Origin: Candidatus Hodarchaeota archaeon
GTDB lineage: Archaea; Asgardarchaeota; Heimdallarchaeia; Hodarchaeales; Hodarchaeaceae
Direction of reading: 5' to 3'
Length of the DNA stretch: 64,000 nucleotides
Assembly (NCBI GenBank): GCA_029856365.1
Contig: JAHQWW010000001.1
Location: 1 to 64,000 of the forward strand
The position numbers were made by a program, and so were the translations under genes. Shown here piece after piece: positions 48,790 to 58,711 of this stretch; within the stretch, counting starts at the first letter, position 1, and each line of letters starts with the position of its first letter. The notes under the pieces are model-generated. The model was not told the origin of the DNA and ran no database searches. It saw nothing but the letters and a program-made list of their open reading frames with translations.

Positions 48790-49553
48790 GCTCAAGGGAC
48801 TTATTAACAGTAGAAGATGATGCTAGGTATTTTACTGAGCTCTACCAAGGACAATTAGACTGGACTACTTCAACCAGAAAGCGATTATACAGACAAATGG
48901 ATCTATTCCATGCACAACAGATTTTGGAAGTGGGTTCTGGCACTGGAGTGATTCTACGTGAGATTAAATCCATAAATCCAAGAGCCAGACTCATTGGCCT
49001 TGACCAAAACTTGCTAGCACTAAAATATTCACAAAAAATAGTGGCAAATGATACATTGATTCAAGGAGACGGTGCTGTATTACCCTTCTCTTCCCAAAGC
49101 TTTGATATTGTGTTGTGTCACTATTTTCTTATGTGGGTTGAAAATCCCATTACCACTCTTCGGGAAATGATGAGAGTAACGCGAAATGGAGGATGGATTG
49201 CATGCTTAGCTGAACCAGATTATGGAGGGCGAATGGATTATCCTGATAATGAAATCTGGATGGAACTGCTTCTAAATTCCATCTCTGGAGCAGATCCTTT
49301 CATAGGAAGAAAATTAAGGACATATTTCTATCAAATAGGACTTAAGGCACATGTGGGGCTGCAATCAATTGTTTTGCCTCCTGAAGCTGTAAATAACCTT
49401 TATGAGGCTGAATTAGCAAAATTGAAGCGATTTTGTTCCCCTGAAAATCATCTAAAATTAGATAGATTAACTCAATTGTTCAGATCTCATAAACCTGGAG
49501 AATTATTTAGCTTTATGCCAGTACTTTTTGCTATAGCTCGAAAAACTGCATAA
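48762..49553 (+). CDS. Class I SAM-dependent methyltransferase
   Basis: ILEVGSGTG, LIGLD, LPFSSQSFDIV, EMMRVTRNGG; ATG at 48762 overlaps the rSAM 3' end. Confidence 0.88.
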   Translation: MSRKSSQRLSSRDLLTVEDDARYFTELYQGQLDWTTSTRKRLYRQMDLFHAQQILEVGSGTGVILREIKSINPRARLIGLDQNLLALKYSQKIVANDTLIQGDGAVLPFSSQSFDIVLCHYFLMWVENPITTLREMMRVTRNGGWIACLAEPDYGGRMDYPDNEIWMELLLNSISGADPFIGRKLRTYFYQIGLKAHVGLQSIVLPPEAVNNLYEAELAKLKRFCSPENHLKLDRLTQLFRSHKPGELFSFMPVLFAIARKTA

Positions 49554-49560
49554 ATACTTT

Positions 49561-49803
49561 CTATTCCTTCTCTTCAAGGCCCAGTAGTCTTAAATCTAAC
49601 AATTGATTAACAACACATCTTCGAACGAATTCAGAATAATTATCAGCTATTCCTAATTCAATAGCTTTTTTAATGGAATTATAAAGTGGGTCTGAAACCC
49701 GTAACAAAATTGTCTTAGCTTTCTCTTTCCTTTTAATGTTCGTTTCCCTCTTTTGAGTAGATTTCTCTAAGTTTTGAGATCTTGGCATAATTATTCCCAT
49801 CAT
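49561..49803 (-). CDS. Ribbon-helix-helix DNA-binding protein
   Basis: TILLRVSDPLYNSIKKAIELGIADNYSEFVRRCV (CopG-like). Confidence 0.7.
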   Translation of the reverse strand: MMGIIMPRSQNLEKSTQKRETNIKRKEKAKTILLRVSDPLYNSIKKAIELGIADNYSEFVRRCVVNQLLDLRLLGLEEKE

Positions 49804-49910
49804 TTCTATCTTGATTCTTCAATGTGAATTTTCATTATGTGTAAATTCAGATATGTTTATATACTTATCGTTATCATTTGATAATCAAATATATTCTTAA
49901 TGTGGTCTAT

Positions 49911-50111
49911 ATGGATAATTCTAACTTAATTGATGTTGGAAAAATAACTGCTATTATGACTGGGTCTACGATTTTAGGGATTTTTCTTGGTTCTCGAACA
50001 GGCGGCACCTATATCTTCGAAATTGGGAGCAATTTAATGCTGGTCTTAGTGGTTTTCATGGTACTTGCCTCTAGTTTGGCGATTGCCAGTATATGGATGT
50101 CGAGACAATGA
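49911..50111 (+). CDS. Small two-TM hypothetical protein
   Basis: Hydrophobic hairpin; stop overlaps the next start (ATGA at 50108-50111). Confidence 0.55.
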   Translation: MDNSNLIDVGKITAIMTGSTILGIFLGSRTGGTYIFEIGSNLMLVLVVFMVLASSLAIASIWMSRQ

Positions 50112-50626
50112 CTAATCGCTCTAAAAAACCCCTTGTTGTCCCTATCTCTATGACTCTAATAATTTCCTCCATTGCTTTTCTTACATTTCTCTCTGCTCAA
50201 CAAGTGCGAGTTGAACTTCCTTCTCATCCTGAAATCCACCCCAATCTTTCTCGAAATGGTTCTAGTTTCAGTGGTTTTATTGATGTTACCATTCCCTTTA
50301 ATATTAGTAATCATTCACCTATTGCTTTAAAAAATGGTAAGATATTGGCTTCATTGTCTGTCGTTAGTATTGAGAATTTTGGTCTATTTCCTGATACGAT
50401 ATTAGTGAATATTTCAGAAAAAATTCAGACTATTAACCCAAATGATTATGTACAGATTGATCTTCACGTTAATATCTCTTCTTGGATTCCCATGCTTGCG
50501 ATTGTAGATGCCTATTTGGTTCTGGATATCGATGTCAGTTTGGATTATAAATTTGGCTTTTTGTCCTTCCCCATTCATTTAATTGGACGTTTACAAGACA
50601 CATGGGATGCTCCATTCTCGATTTAA
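50108..50626 (+). CDS. Membrane-anchored beta-rich hypothetical protein (LEA-2-like)
   Basis: N-terminal TM helix; IPFNISNHSPIAL pattern. Confidence 0.55.
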   Translation: MTNRSKKPLVVPISMTLIISSIAFLTFLSAQQVRVELPSHPEIHPNLSRNGSSFSGFIDVTIPFNISNHSPIALKNGKILASLSVVSIENFGLFPDTILVNISEKIQTINPNDYVQIDLHVNISSWIPMLAIVDAYLVLDIDVSLDYKFGFLSFPIHLIGRLQDTWDAPFSI

Positions 50627-50637
50627 TGACCTGACAC

Positions 50638-51867
50638 TCAATTAATGGTTAGTATATCAAATTGTTTGGTCTCTTCATCGTATTTTTCATCCTTACAGAG
50701 AAGAGCTTTAGAATCCTTTAAATTTATTAAACGTGTTTTTGTTAGCTCAAAAGCATATTTTGATGAATCCACTCCTATCCAACGTCTATTTAATTTTTCT
50801 GCTACTGCTAAGGTTGTACCAGATCCACAAAAGAAATCAGCAATAATATCACCCTCCTTGGAAGTCATCTTTATAATTCTTTCGATTAAAGCCTCAGGTT
50901 TTTGAGTCGGATAACCCAAGCGTTCTTTATCGTTAGAAGCGAGAGCTGGAATATCTGTCCATAAGTTTCCAATTTTCCTTCCTAGATATTCATCTGCATA
51001 ACGTTTGTATCGTGGTCTTCCTTTCCCTGTCCAAAAAATAAGATAAGGATTTTTCGTTAATCTTTTATCAAATGTTTCTTGGGTCCAGCGCCAGCCCATC
51101 TTGGTTGTAACTTCTTTGCCATTAATTATTCTTTTCTCTCCAATACTATATGCGTTCGAGCTCTGTTCAAGTTTCTCATGTGTAAATGTTCGTCCTGTTT
51201 CTTTTTCAATATGGGGAAATTTCTCTTTTTTTTCTTTCTCTGTTAACGATTGGTATTGTTGGTGGTATACATAATCAGTAGTTTTACTATACCAAAGGAT
51301 GACATCCGTCATTACATCCATCGTTGAAGATAAGTGGTGTCCTGGGGTTCGTTGCCAAATGATATCAGCTCTGAAGTTTTCATACCCAAAAATCTCATCC
51401 ATTATCACCTTGACATAATGCACTGCATGCCAGTCTAGATGGACAAAAATCGAACCATTATTAGCCAAAAGCTTTGCTATCAGTAACAATCGTTGATACA
51501 TAAAATTCAAATAAGCATCCATACCCCTTATTCCCCAAGTATCCCTAAATCCATTTTCTACAACAAGTGAAGAGTTGCTAGCTGTTTCTTCTTGACTACT
51601 TTCAGTTTGAGTGCTGATTTTGAATGTTGTTCCTGAAGCAAAAGGTGGATCAATATAGATAACGTTAATTTTTCCTGCAAACTCTTTTAGAAGGGACGCA
51701 ATGACAAACTTGTTTTCCCCTAATATGAGTTTATTACTCCAGGCCTCTGAAGTTTTTAGAGGGTTTATAGATTCGACCACTTCAAGTGAGTGAGGTATTT
51801 CTATGCGTCTTCTTTTCACTTCAGATTTTCCCCGCCAAATAAGTTGACAATTCTCAATTACTGTCAT
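50638..51867 (-). CDS. Amino-DNA methyltransferase, beta class (Mod-like), apparently orphan
   Basis: Motif IV YIDPPF precedes motif I DFFCGSGTT; YPTQKPEAL. Confidence 0.9.
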   Translation of the reverse strand: MTVIENCQLIWRGKSEVKRRRIEIPHSLEVVESINPLKTSEAWSNKLILGENKFVIASLLKEFAGKINVIYIDPPFASGTTFKISTQTESSQEETASNSSLVVENGFRDTWGIRGMDAYLNFMYQRLLLIAKLLANNGSIFVHLDWHAVHYVKVIMDEIFGYENFRADIIWQRTPGHHLSSTMDVMTDVILWYSKTTDYVYHQQYQSLTEKEKKEKFPHIEKETGRTFTHEKLEQSSNAYSIGEKRIINGKEVTTKMGWRWTQETFDKRLTKNPYLIFWTGKGRPRYKRYADEYLGRKIGNLWTDIPALASNDKERLGYPTQKPEALIERIIKMTSKEGDIIADFFCGSGTTLAVAEKLNRRWIGVDSSKYAFELTKTRLINLKDSKALLCKDEKYDEETKQFDILTIN

Positions 51868-52136
51868 AATTGTGGTTTCTCCTATGGATAATTCGGACTT
51901 GATTAATTGATGCGTAATATCTTATCGTTTACTCTAGCTTATATCTCATAAATGATTGATATTTACCTTAAATCCATAATTCTTATATGATTTACTTAGT
52001 TTTATATAAATAAAGGAGACTAAGAGTTTTAATGTGTTTTTTCACTGTATTACATTATGCAAACATATATATCAGAACATATAATTACTTCTTTCGTATT
52101 TGTTATTACTATGTAAAGACAAATTGAGGTTTTGAA

Positions 52137-52505
52137 ATGAGCTACCAAGATACAATGAACTCTCTGATTCAAAATGGTTATATTTCTATTGTCACTATTC
52201 TTGACGCTAATGGAGGAACATACTGGACTAACCAACCTGAATGGCAAGTGGATGGTACAGCCGTGTTAACAGCTTGGAGGAATAAGGAACCAGGAGTTAC
52301 CATCGGAGGAACCCGTTTCTCTGCAATAATGAATGAATGGGAAACTGGTTTTTTCGTGGCTCGAAATGTTGGCGGAGCAGGAATAGTCGTGATAGCCCGT
52401 GCCCCGAATGGATATTATTTTTTGACATGGACACCAGGGGATGTACAGATTCCTCCTACAAACATCCACGCTGAAGTGTCTCGGATGGCAGCCTTGTTCA
52501 AATAA
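52137..52505 (+). CDS. Profilin (Asgard-type)
   Basis: 122 aa; MSYQ..., ILDANG..YW, GVTIGGTRF, GGAGIVVIA and C-terminal helix match the profilin pattern. Confidence 0.75.
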   Translation: MSYQDTMNSLIQNGYISIVTILDANGGTYWTNQPEWQVDGTAVLTAWRNKEPGVTIGGTRFSAIMNEWETGFFVARNVGGAGIVVIARAPNGYYFLTWTPGDVQIPPTNIHAEVSRMAALFK

Positions 52506-52536
52506 AATCAGTATTGATACCACAACTTTCACATGA

Positions 52537-52567
52537 GGGTGCTTTTAAAACACCCCATACATTTTTT
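52537..52567 (+). terminator. Putative hairpin terminator after profilin
   Basis: GGGTG (52537-52541) pairs with CACCC (52551-52555), followed by a T-run. Confidence 0.35.
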
Positions 52568-52878
52568 AACAAATGAAAGGAAGTCTAAAGCAATAATAGA
52601 CCTATTATAACCCTATTTTGATCTCCCTAATCACTTATTTTCTGAAAAAACATTCTTCTTGATTTTGAACTAATTAGTTTGAATTTAAACGATTTTCTTG
52701 AGTTATGTGTGAAACAACGGATACCCTCATAAGTCTAATTCGCTATTCTCTTTACAATGAAGTAAGTGCTTCCTGTAGCTTCTTAATAGACCTAATGCAG
52801 AATTGCTTCTGATATAATATGAACTAATTCCTTTCTATCTCCTATAAGCTTCCATGGATATTTGAAGAGTTGTAATTT

Positions 52879-55800
52879 TTGAAATCAAAGATTGAAGAGT
52901 TCTATCCCCTCTATAGAAAAGTGGCAAGGTTTTTACTTCAAAACATAAATGGTATCCATGATAATGAGAGAAAGAAAGAATTTATTAACAATTTTATGAT
53001 ACAAATGTTGATATTCTGGTTTATCCAGAAAAAAGAGTTTTTCAACGATGATAAGAATTACTTTATAACAAAATTTCATGAATTCGACATTAAAAACCCA
53101 TTGCAGGGGAATAATAACTACTTCAACTTTCTTATCTATTTCTTAGAACAAATTAACCTTCATTTAGATGATGGATATATTGAAGACAAGATTGTTGGAA
53201 AACTTGTAATTCCTAGACCAGTTATCTTTCTTAATGTAGATAATAGTGTCAAAAAAATCTCTATCCCCAATAAATGCCTTTACAATGAAGAAAAAACTGA
53301 ACAATTGTTGAATAAGTCGTCTGGGAAAAGAAGTGGTGATTTACCATTATTTAACTTATTTGAAAACGAGATAAACCAATTTAATGGCTTCCTTTTAGGT
53401 GAAATATATGAGAATCTAATTACTCATAAGGACAGGAAGATTTCAGGTTCTTATTATACACCTGAAGCAATTACTTTCTTTTTATGCAAAACCACAATTG
53501 AATCTTATCTTCTTGAAAAAGTGAATCTTAAATTCGATTCTAAGTTCAAAACTATAAACTCAATGATTAAATCTCATGATGTAAGGGTCATAGAATATCT
53601 ATTAATGGAATTACAGCAAATTAAAATCCTTGATCCTGCTGTTGGTACTGCACACCTTCTAGAAAGTGCTGTTAAGATTCTTACAGAGATATATGAAAAA
53701 ATTTGGCGGGTAGCAAGGAAAATAAGCCTCAAGAAAGGTATAGAAGTTATAACAACTGAGAACGACGGGTGTTTAAAGCTCATAAATATCCTAGAAATTA
53801 CTAATGAAGATGATTTTAAATTTTCAGTAATATTATACCATATTCTTCCAATGAATGTTTATGGCGTTGATATAAATCCTGATGTTTTGAAGATTGCAAA
53901 AGCAAGACTCTTCTTAATATCAATTGAGTATTTAAATATTCATAAACACTATTTTAAAAGTCTCCCAGAAGTCTACATCAATTTAAAGGAAGGAAATTCG
54001 CTTCTAGGGTACATACAGTTTGAGAAGGACAAATTGGTTAAACAATCAAAACTTGAGTCATATTTAACAGAAATAACTCCTGTCACTCCTTCGGAATCGA
54101 TAAAAACGGATTTAATTTTGCTAGAATATTTACAAAATGCAGCTATTTCTTTGGATATTAGAGGACATCTAATAAATGAGGTGGAAGACCTTAATTTAAT
54201 TTTAACTCAGAAAGAGATTAATATTATTAACACTCGAAAGGTTTTAAGGACTAAAGAAAAGCTACTCAAAATATTATATGCTTCTATGAATACTCAGTTT
54301 GCAAAACCGTTACAAAACCTTTTAAACAGAATAACAGACCAAATGAACTCAAAATTGGATGAAAAGCTTTCTAATGAATTTAATATTGATTTAGATCAAC
54401 TCAAAAAAGTTAAAACTTTCCATTGGATTTGTGAATTTTCCAACGTATTTTTGAAAGAAGGAGGGTTTGATATTACAATAGTCAATCCCCCTTATTTGGG
54501 TGAAAGTGGGAATAAAGAGCTTTTCAGGGTTTATGCTAAGGCATCACAAGAATATTATGAGGGAAAAATGGATCTGTGGTATTTTTTTCTTCATAGAAGT
54601 ATAGATTTAATGGTTACTCGGGCTTATTCTTCTTTCATTGTATCAAGTTATTGGATCACAGCTTCAGGTGCAGCGAAATTACGTGACAGACTGCTTTCAG
54701 ATACCTTTATTGTGCGATATATCAATTTTGGAGAAAACAGGATTTTTAGTACTGCTCAGGGAGTACATACAAACGTCATAACCTTTAAAAAAACAAGAAA
54801 GTCAAATAATAATATTGAATGTATCCTCTTTGATAAGACATATCCACATGGTACGGATCTTTTTCAAAAGATACCAGTACAACATATTTTCACAGCTGAT
54901 CAGAAGAAACTCATTCTTAAGAATTGGGATCGATATCTTCATTTTTTACCAAAGAATCTAGGAGTAATTATTGAGTGTATTACTGAAAATTCAACAACGC
55001 TGAAATCAAGCGGCTACTATGTAAAAGAGGGCATAGTAACAGGCCTTAATAACATAACAAAGCGACTAATTGGAAAATATAAGTTACCAGATGACTGGGC
55101 GGGGATAGGGGTGTTCATACTAAACAAAGAAAATCCTCAAGATTTGAATGTAATCCAATCACTTTCTGAAGATGAAAAATTCCATTTAAAGAAGTTTTAC
55201 AAGAATTCTGACATATCACGATATTCCACAACAGTTCAAACGACAAAAAATATTCTTTACTTAAACAGACATACTGTTAACTTGAATCAGCTCCCAAAAA
55301 TAAAAATGCACATACAAAAATTCCGGGGAATATTAAAACAATCATTAGATAATCCACCATATATTAACAGGCCTCGGACACAAAACATTTTCACATCCCC
55401 TAAGATAATAACTCCACAAAGAAGTGTTCGAAATACCTTTGCCTACAATTCGTATGATTGGTATGCTGCCCAAGATGTGTACTACATCTTGAATGAGGAG
55501 AACGACAAAGAGAAGCTAAAAAGGCTGTTACTAATCTTAAACTCAAAGTTGGGGTATTTTTGGTTATATTGGATGGGAAAGCGAAAAGGAAAACATCTCG
55601 AACTATTTGGTGAGCCATTAGGATTTTTTCCCATTCCCTCTGATTTGGAAAAATTTTCAGTATTGTCTAATATTTCTGATTACTTTCTCTTCCTCTACAC
55701 GATCAAAAGCAAAGAGATTCGTTTTCAGCAAATTATTAGTTATTTTCAGGAAGAAATTGCAGATATGCTCGTATTTGAGCTTTACTTTATAAAAAAGATC

Positions 55801-56085
55801 CAAGGAAACAAAATTAATCAGTCTGAAAATTCTTCTTTATTAGAATTTTTATCAAAAGAGGTTAAGAACATTGAATATGATCAATGGGTTAAGCTCCACT
55901 ACAAAGAACAGATTGAAAAAGGATTGAGTAAGGAAGAAAAACTTCAGAAATCGACTCTTGAGAATGAAAACTTAGAAATAATTGAAGAATGCTATACATC
56001 ACTTAAAAAGAGTAAACAGGTTTGTAAGCTTATAACCCAAATAAAATCAAATTATTTGGTTATGACAATAGAGGAAAGAACTTAA
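52879..56085 (+). CDS. Large gamma-class N6-adenine DNA methyltransferase (Eco57I/TaqI-like TRD), no obvious nuclease domain
   Basis: GSYYTP, ILDPAVGTAH, YGVDIN, EGNSL, FHW..EF, GFDITIVNPPY, LLILNSKL. Confidence 0.85.
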   Translation: MKSKIEEFYPLYRKVARFLLQNINGIHDNERKKEFINNFMIQMLIFWFIQKKEFFNDDKNYFITKFHEFDIKNPLQGNNNYFNFLIYFLEQINLHLDDGYIEDKIVGKLVIPRPVIFLNVDNSVKKISIPNKCLYNEEKTEQLLNKSSGKRSGDLPLFNLFENEINQFNGFLLGEIYENLITHKDRKISGSYYTPEAITFFLCKTTIESYLLEKVNLKFDSKFKTINSMIKSHDVRVIEYLLMELQQIKILDPAVGTAHLLESAVKILTEIYEKIWRVARKISLKKGIEVITTENDGCLKLINILEITNEDDFKFSVILYHILPMNVYGVDINPDVLKIAKARLFLISIEYLNIHKHYFKSLPEVYINLKEGNSLLGYIQFEKDKLVKQSKLESYLTEITPVTPSESIKTDLILLEYLQNAAISLDIRGHLINEVEDLNLILTQKEINIINTRKVLRTKEKLLKILYASMNTQFAKPLQNLLNRITDQMNSKLDEKLSNEFNIDLDQLKKVKTFHWICEFSNVFLKEGGFDITIVNPPYLGESGNKELFRVYAKASQEYYEGKMDLWYFFLHRSIDLMVTRAYSSFIVSSYWITASGAAKLRDRLLSDTFIVRYINFGENRIFSTAQGVHTNVITFKKTRKSNNNIECILFDKTYPHGTDLFQKIPVQHIFTADQKKLILKNWDRYLHFLPKNLGVIIECITENSTTLKSSGYYVKEGIVTGLNNITKRLIGKYKLPDDWAGIGVFILNKENPQDLNVIQSLSEDEKFHLKKFYKNSDISRYSTTVQTTKNILYLNRHTVNLNQLPKIKMHIQKFRGILKQSLDNPPYINRPRTQNIFTSPKIITPQRSVRNTFAYNSYDWYAAQDVYYILNEENDKEKLKRLLLILNSKLGYFWLYWMGKRKGKHLELFGEPLGFFPIPSDLEKFSVLSNISDYFLFLYTIKSKEIRFQQIISYFQEEIADMLVFELYFIKKIQGNKINQSENSSLLEFLSKEVKNIEYDQWVKLHYKEQIEKGLSKEEKLQKSTLENENLEIIEECYTSLKKSKQVCKLITQIKSNYLVMTIEERT

Positions 56086-56834
56086 CTTAAAGCTTTTATA
56101 TGATCAATAACTAATGGTAAAAATTCACCTGATTTGGCTTCAATACGAACATCTGCCATGGTGTCTAATTCAGTTTTCCCAACGTTAATTATTATGAGAA
56201 AAGCACCTAACCTTTTAGCGATGACAGGAAAACTAGCAGCAGGTACTACACTCAATGTAGATCCAATTGCTAACATGACATCGCACTTTCTGGTATGTTT
56301 CTCTGCTTCCTGCATTTCTTTTTCTGGCATTGGATCATTAAAATTTACTACCGAGGAAATAATCCTACATTCACAATAAGGACATCTCGGTTGATTCGAC
56401 CTTGATTTTTCCGTTCGATATCCCTTTCCATGCAGGTGATCATCCCAACCTATCTCTTGTTTTAAAAATCGAGTATCACAACCAAGGCACTTCATTTTAC
56501 CAGAATTTCCATGCAGTTCAGCAAGGATTTCAGATGGAATTCCTGATTTTAAATGAAGGTTATCAACGTTCTGAGAGATAAGATATTTTAACAAACCAAG
56601 TTTGTAAAGATCTACAATAGCAAAATGGCCAGGATTGGGCTGAACGAGATGCATTGGTTTTCTGGGTAACATTGGTTTAAGTCCTTTTTCGCGGAGTGTC
56701 CAAACCCCTTCTGGACCACGATAATCTGGTAATCCTGATTCTGTAGAGATTCCAGCACCAGTAAAAGCAACCAAATATTTTGAATTTGCTAAAATTTCAG
56801 CCACTTTTTGAACATCATTATTTGAAAATGACAA
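56082..56834 (-). CDS. Sirtuin NAD-dependent deacylase, class IV (SIRT6/7)-like motifs
   Basis: TGAGISTESGLPDYRGPEGVWT, SQNVDNLH, LAELHGN, Zn pairs CLGC/CPYC, GSTLSVVPAA. Confidence 0.9.
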   Translation of the reverse strand: MSFSNNDVQKVAEILANSKYLVAFTGAGISTESGLPDYRGPEGVWTLREKGLKPMLPRKPMHLVQPNPGHFAIVDLYKLGLLKYLISQNVDNLHLKSGIPSEILAELHGNSGKMKCLGCDTRFLKQEIGWDDHLHGKGYRTEKSRSNQPRCPYCECRIISSVVNFNDPMPEKEMQEAEKHTRKCDVMLAIGSTLSVVPAASFPVIAKRLGAFLIIINVGKTELDTMADVRIEAKSGEFLPLVIDHIKALS

Positions 56835-56927
56835 ACTTGGTCAATCCTCAGTTGTGAGATCTTATTTAAAATCAGTTTCTTGAACATATTGACCTCCATA
56901 ATCCATCTGAATGCAATACACTCCTTT

Positions 56928-58604
56928 TCATTGCTCATTTAACATTTTAGCAATACGGATATCAAACAATCTTTTCAAGAAGTGTATTGGTATTCCCCCA
57001 CTGTCCAGAATTGTGTTATGAAAGAATTGATTTGAATATTTGTCCCCTAACCTTTCTCTAACATGATTACGAAGATCAAGCAATAAAAACTTTCCAATAA
57101 GATAACTTAGTTGATAACCTGGGGTAAAAGTATATCGCTTCAATTCCGCAATTACGGCATTCTCATCCATACCAATTTCTTCAATCATTAATTCCTTTGC
57201 TTCATTAAAGGTCATACGTCCAGTGTGCAGTTTGATATCTACAATTATTCGTATTGCTCTCCAAAGCTGATCCAGTAGCTGAATAAACACTTCTTTCTTT
57301 CCCAGAAACCCTTCTTCAGCCATTAATTGCTCACAATAATGAGCCCATCCCTCGACTGTTTCATTTCCTTGCACAATGGTTCGAATGAGATTTGGTTGTA
57401 AATTTGCCGATGTCAGTTGTAAGTGATGTCCAGGATAAGCCTCATGAACAGCAGTATTCTTACAGGAAGCATATGAATGCTCTTTTAACATTTCTTCACG
57501 GCCTTCAATAGGAGTGACAAAATATTGGCCAACCTGATTATCTGAAAATTTTTCTGGAGAACTATAGGCGGCAAACGGGATTATAGGAACAAGGAACGAT
57601 GGTGTAGGGATTACCTGAAGATCTTCACCTTCTGGAATCTTCATTAAGTTTTTCTTGCGAATAAACTCGCGAGCATCTTGAGTAAGTTCACGCACATGCT
57701 CAAGAACCATTTCAAAAGTTGGAGGATGGCTTACTTTGATGATCTCCCTCACTTCCTTCACAGTTTTATCTGGATAGAGATCTTTTGCTAATTCTTCCAG
57801 TTGTTTCTTAGTGTCCTCAAGAGCTTTTTCTCCTAATTGCAGAATTTCATTAGGAGACTTGCCTAGTTTTCTTAATTCAAGTAATCTAGCAAATTTTTGG
57901 CTGCCTATAACCCAATCATGCTGCGCTCTTGGTAATACTTCACTGTTTATCCAATCAATATATTCATTTATCACTTTACTGACAGTTTCAATTTCTTTTG
58001 CTAATTCTTGGAGTTGTTTTGGTTCTATATTTGGTTCTACAGTGTTTTGAATTAACTGTAGAAAACCAATAGTTCTTGGGCCTTCTTCAAGAACAAGGTT
58101 GACCCAAAGTTCAACAGGCCAAATCCAAATTGATTTTGTTTCTTCTAAAAATCGAGGTGCTGCTCTCAAACGACTGATAATTGCTGAAACTCGAGTATCT
58201 AGTGGCGCAAAGTCTCTCGAATAAAGTACATATATTGCCGTTGCTACAGTTCCAATGGGACTTCCGAAGAGAGGATCTATCCCTCCTTTCCAAAGGGCAA
58301 GTTCATTCAATTGAAAATCCTGTGAGTTAAGAAAATACTTTATTAGGTCATAATCTAATTTCCCTTCGTCGGAAAGCTCTTTATAATCGATCTCTGTTTC
58401 TAATTTTCTTTTTTGCTGCAATAAACGTACTATTTCATCTTCTTTGGCATTAATCGATCCATCAGGTAATAAATGATCATATTTTTCATGTTTGTATCCT
58501 AATATTGTCGCTGCTACTGGATTATGATTCATCTCAATTTCAAATTGTGTTTCAAAATATTTTTTCAGTTTTTCATCCTCTTTCATTACACTGAACTCCG
58601 TCAT
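56928..58604 (-). CDS. DUF885 family putative metallopeptidase
   Basis: HEAYPGHHLQ, EGWAHYCE, LWRAIRIIVD..LH, PGYQLSYLIG. Confidence 0.88.
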   Translation of the reverse strand: MTEFSVMKEDEKLKKYFETQFEIEMNHNPVAATILGYKHEKYDHLLPDGSINAKEDEIVRLLQQKRKLETEIDYKELSDEGKLDYDLIKYFLNSQDFQLNELALWKGGIDPLFGSPIGTVATAIYVLYSRDFAPLDTRVSAIISRLRAAPRFLEETKSIWIWPVELWVNLVLEEGPRTIGFLQLIQNTVEPNIEPKQLQELAKEIETVSKVINEYIDWINSEVLPRAQHDWVIGSQKFARLLELRKLGKSPNEILQLGEKALEDTKKQLEELAKDLYPDKTVKEVREIIKVSHPPTFEMVLEHVRELTQDAREFIRKKNLMKIPEGEDLQVIPTPSFLVPIIPFAAYSSPEKFSDNQVGQYFVTPIEGREEMLKEHSYASCKNTAVHEAYPGHHLQLTSANLQPNLIRTIVQGNETVEGWAHYCEQLMAEEGFLGKKEVFIQLLDQLWRAIRIIVDIKLHTGRMTFNEAKELMIEEIGMDENAVIAELKRYTFTPGYQLSYLIGKFLLLDLRNHVRERLGDKYSNQFFHNTILDSGGIPIHFLKRLFDIRIAKMLNEQ

Positions 58605-58711
58605 TGTTGGAAAAAAAGGGGTTTATTGTTTGAATTAATTTTTTTTTATCTCTGAATATTTTTTTCTATAAGTCTAACACAATTGTAGTTATTTCTATTC
58701 ATATCTGAGAA

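Noticed and set aside
52879-56834. Sir2-based anti-phage system paired with the methyltransferase
   Set aside because: The sirtuin is a canonical Zn-binding deacylase type and is convergent with the MTase, not co-transcribed.
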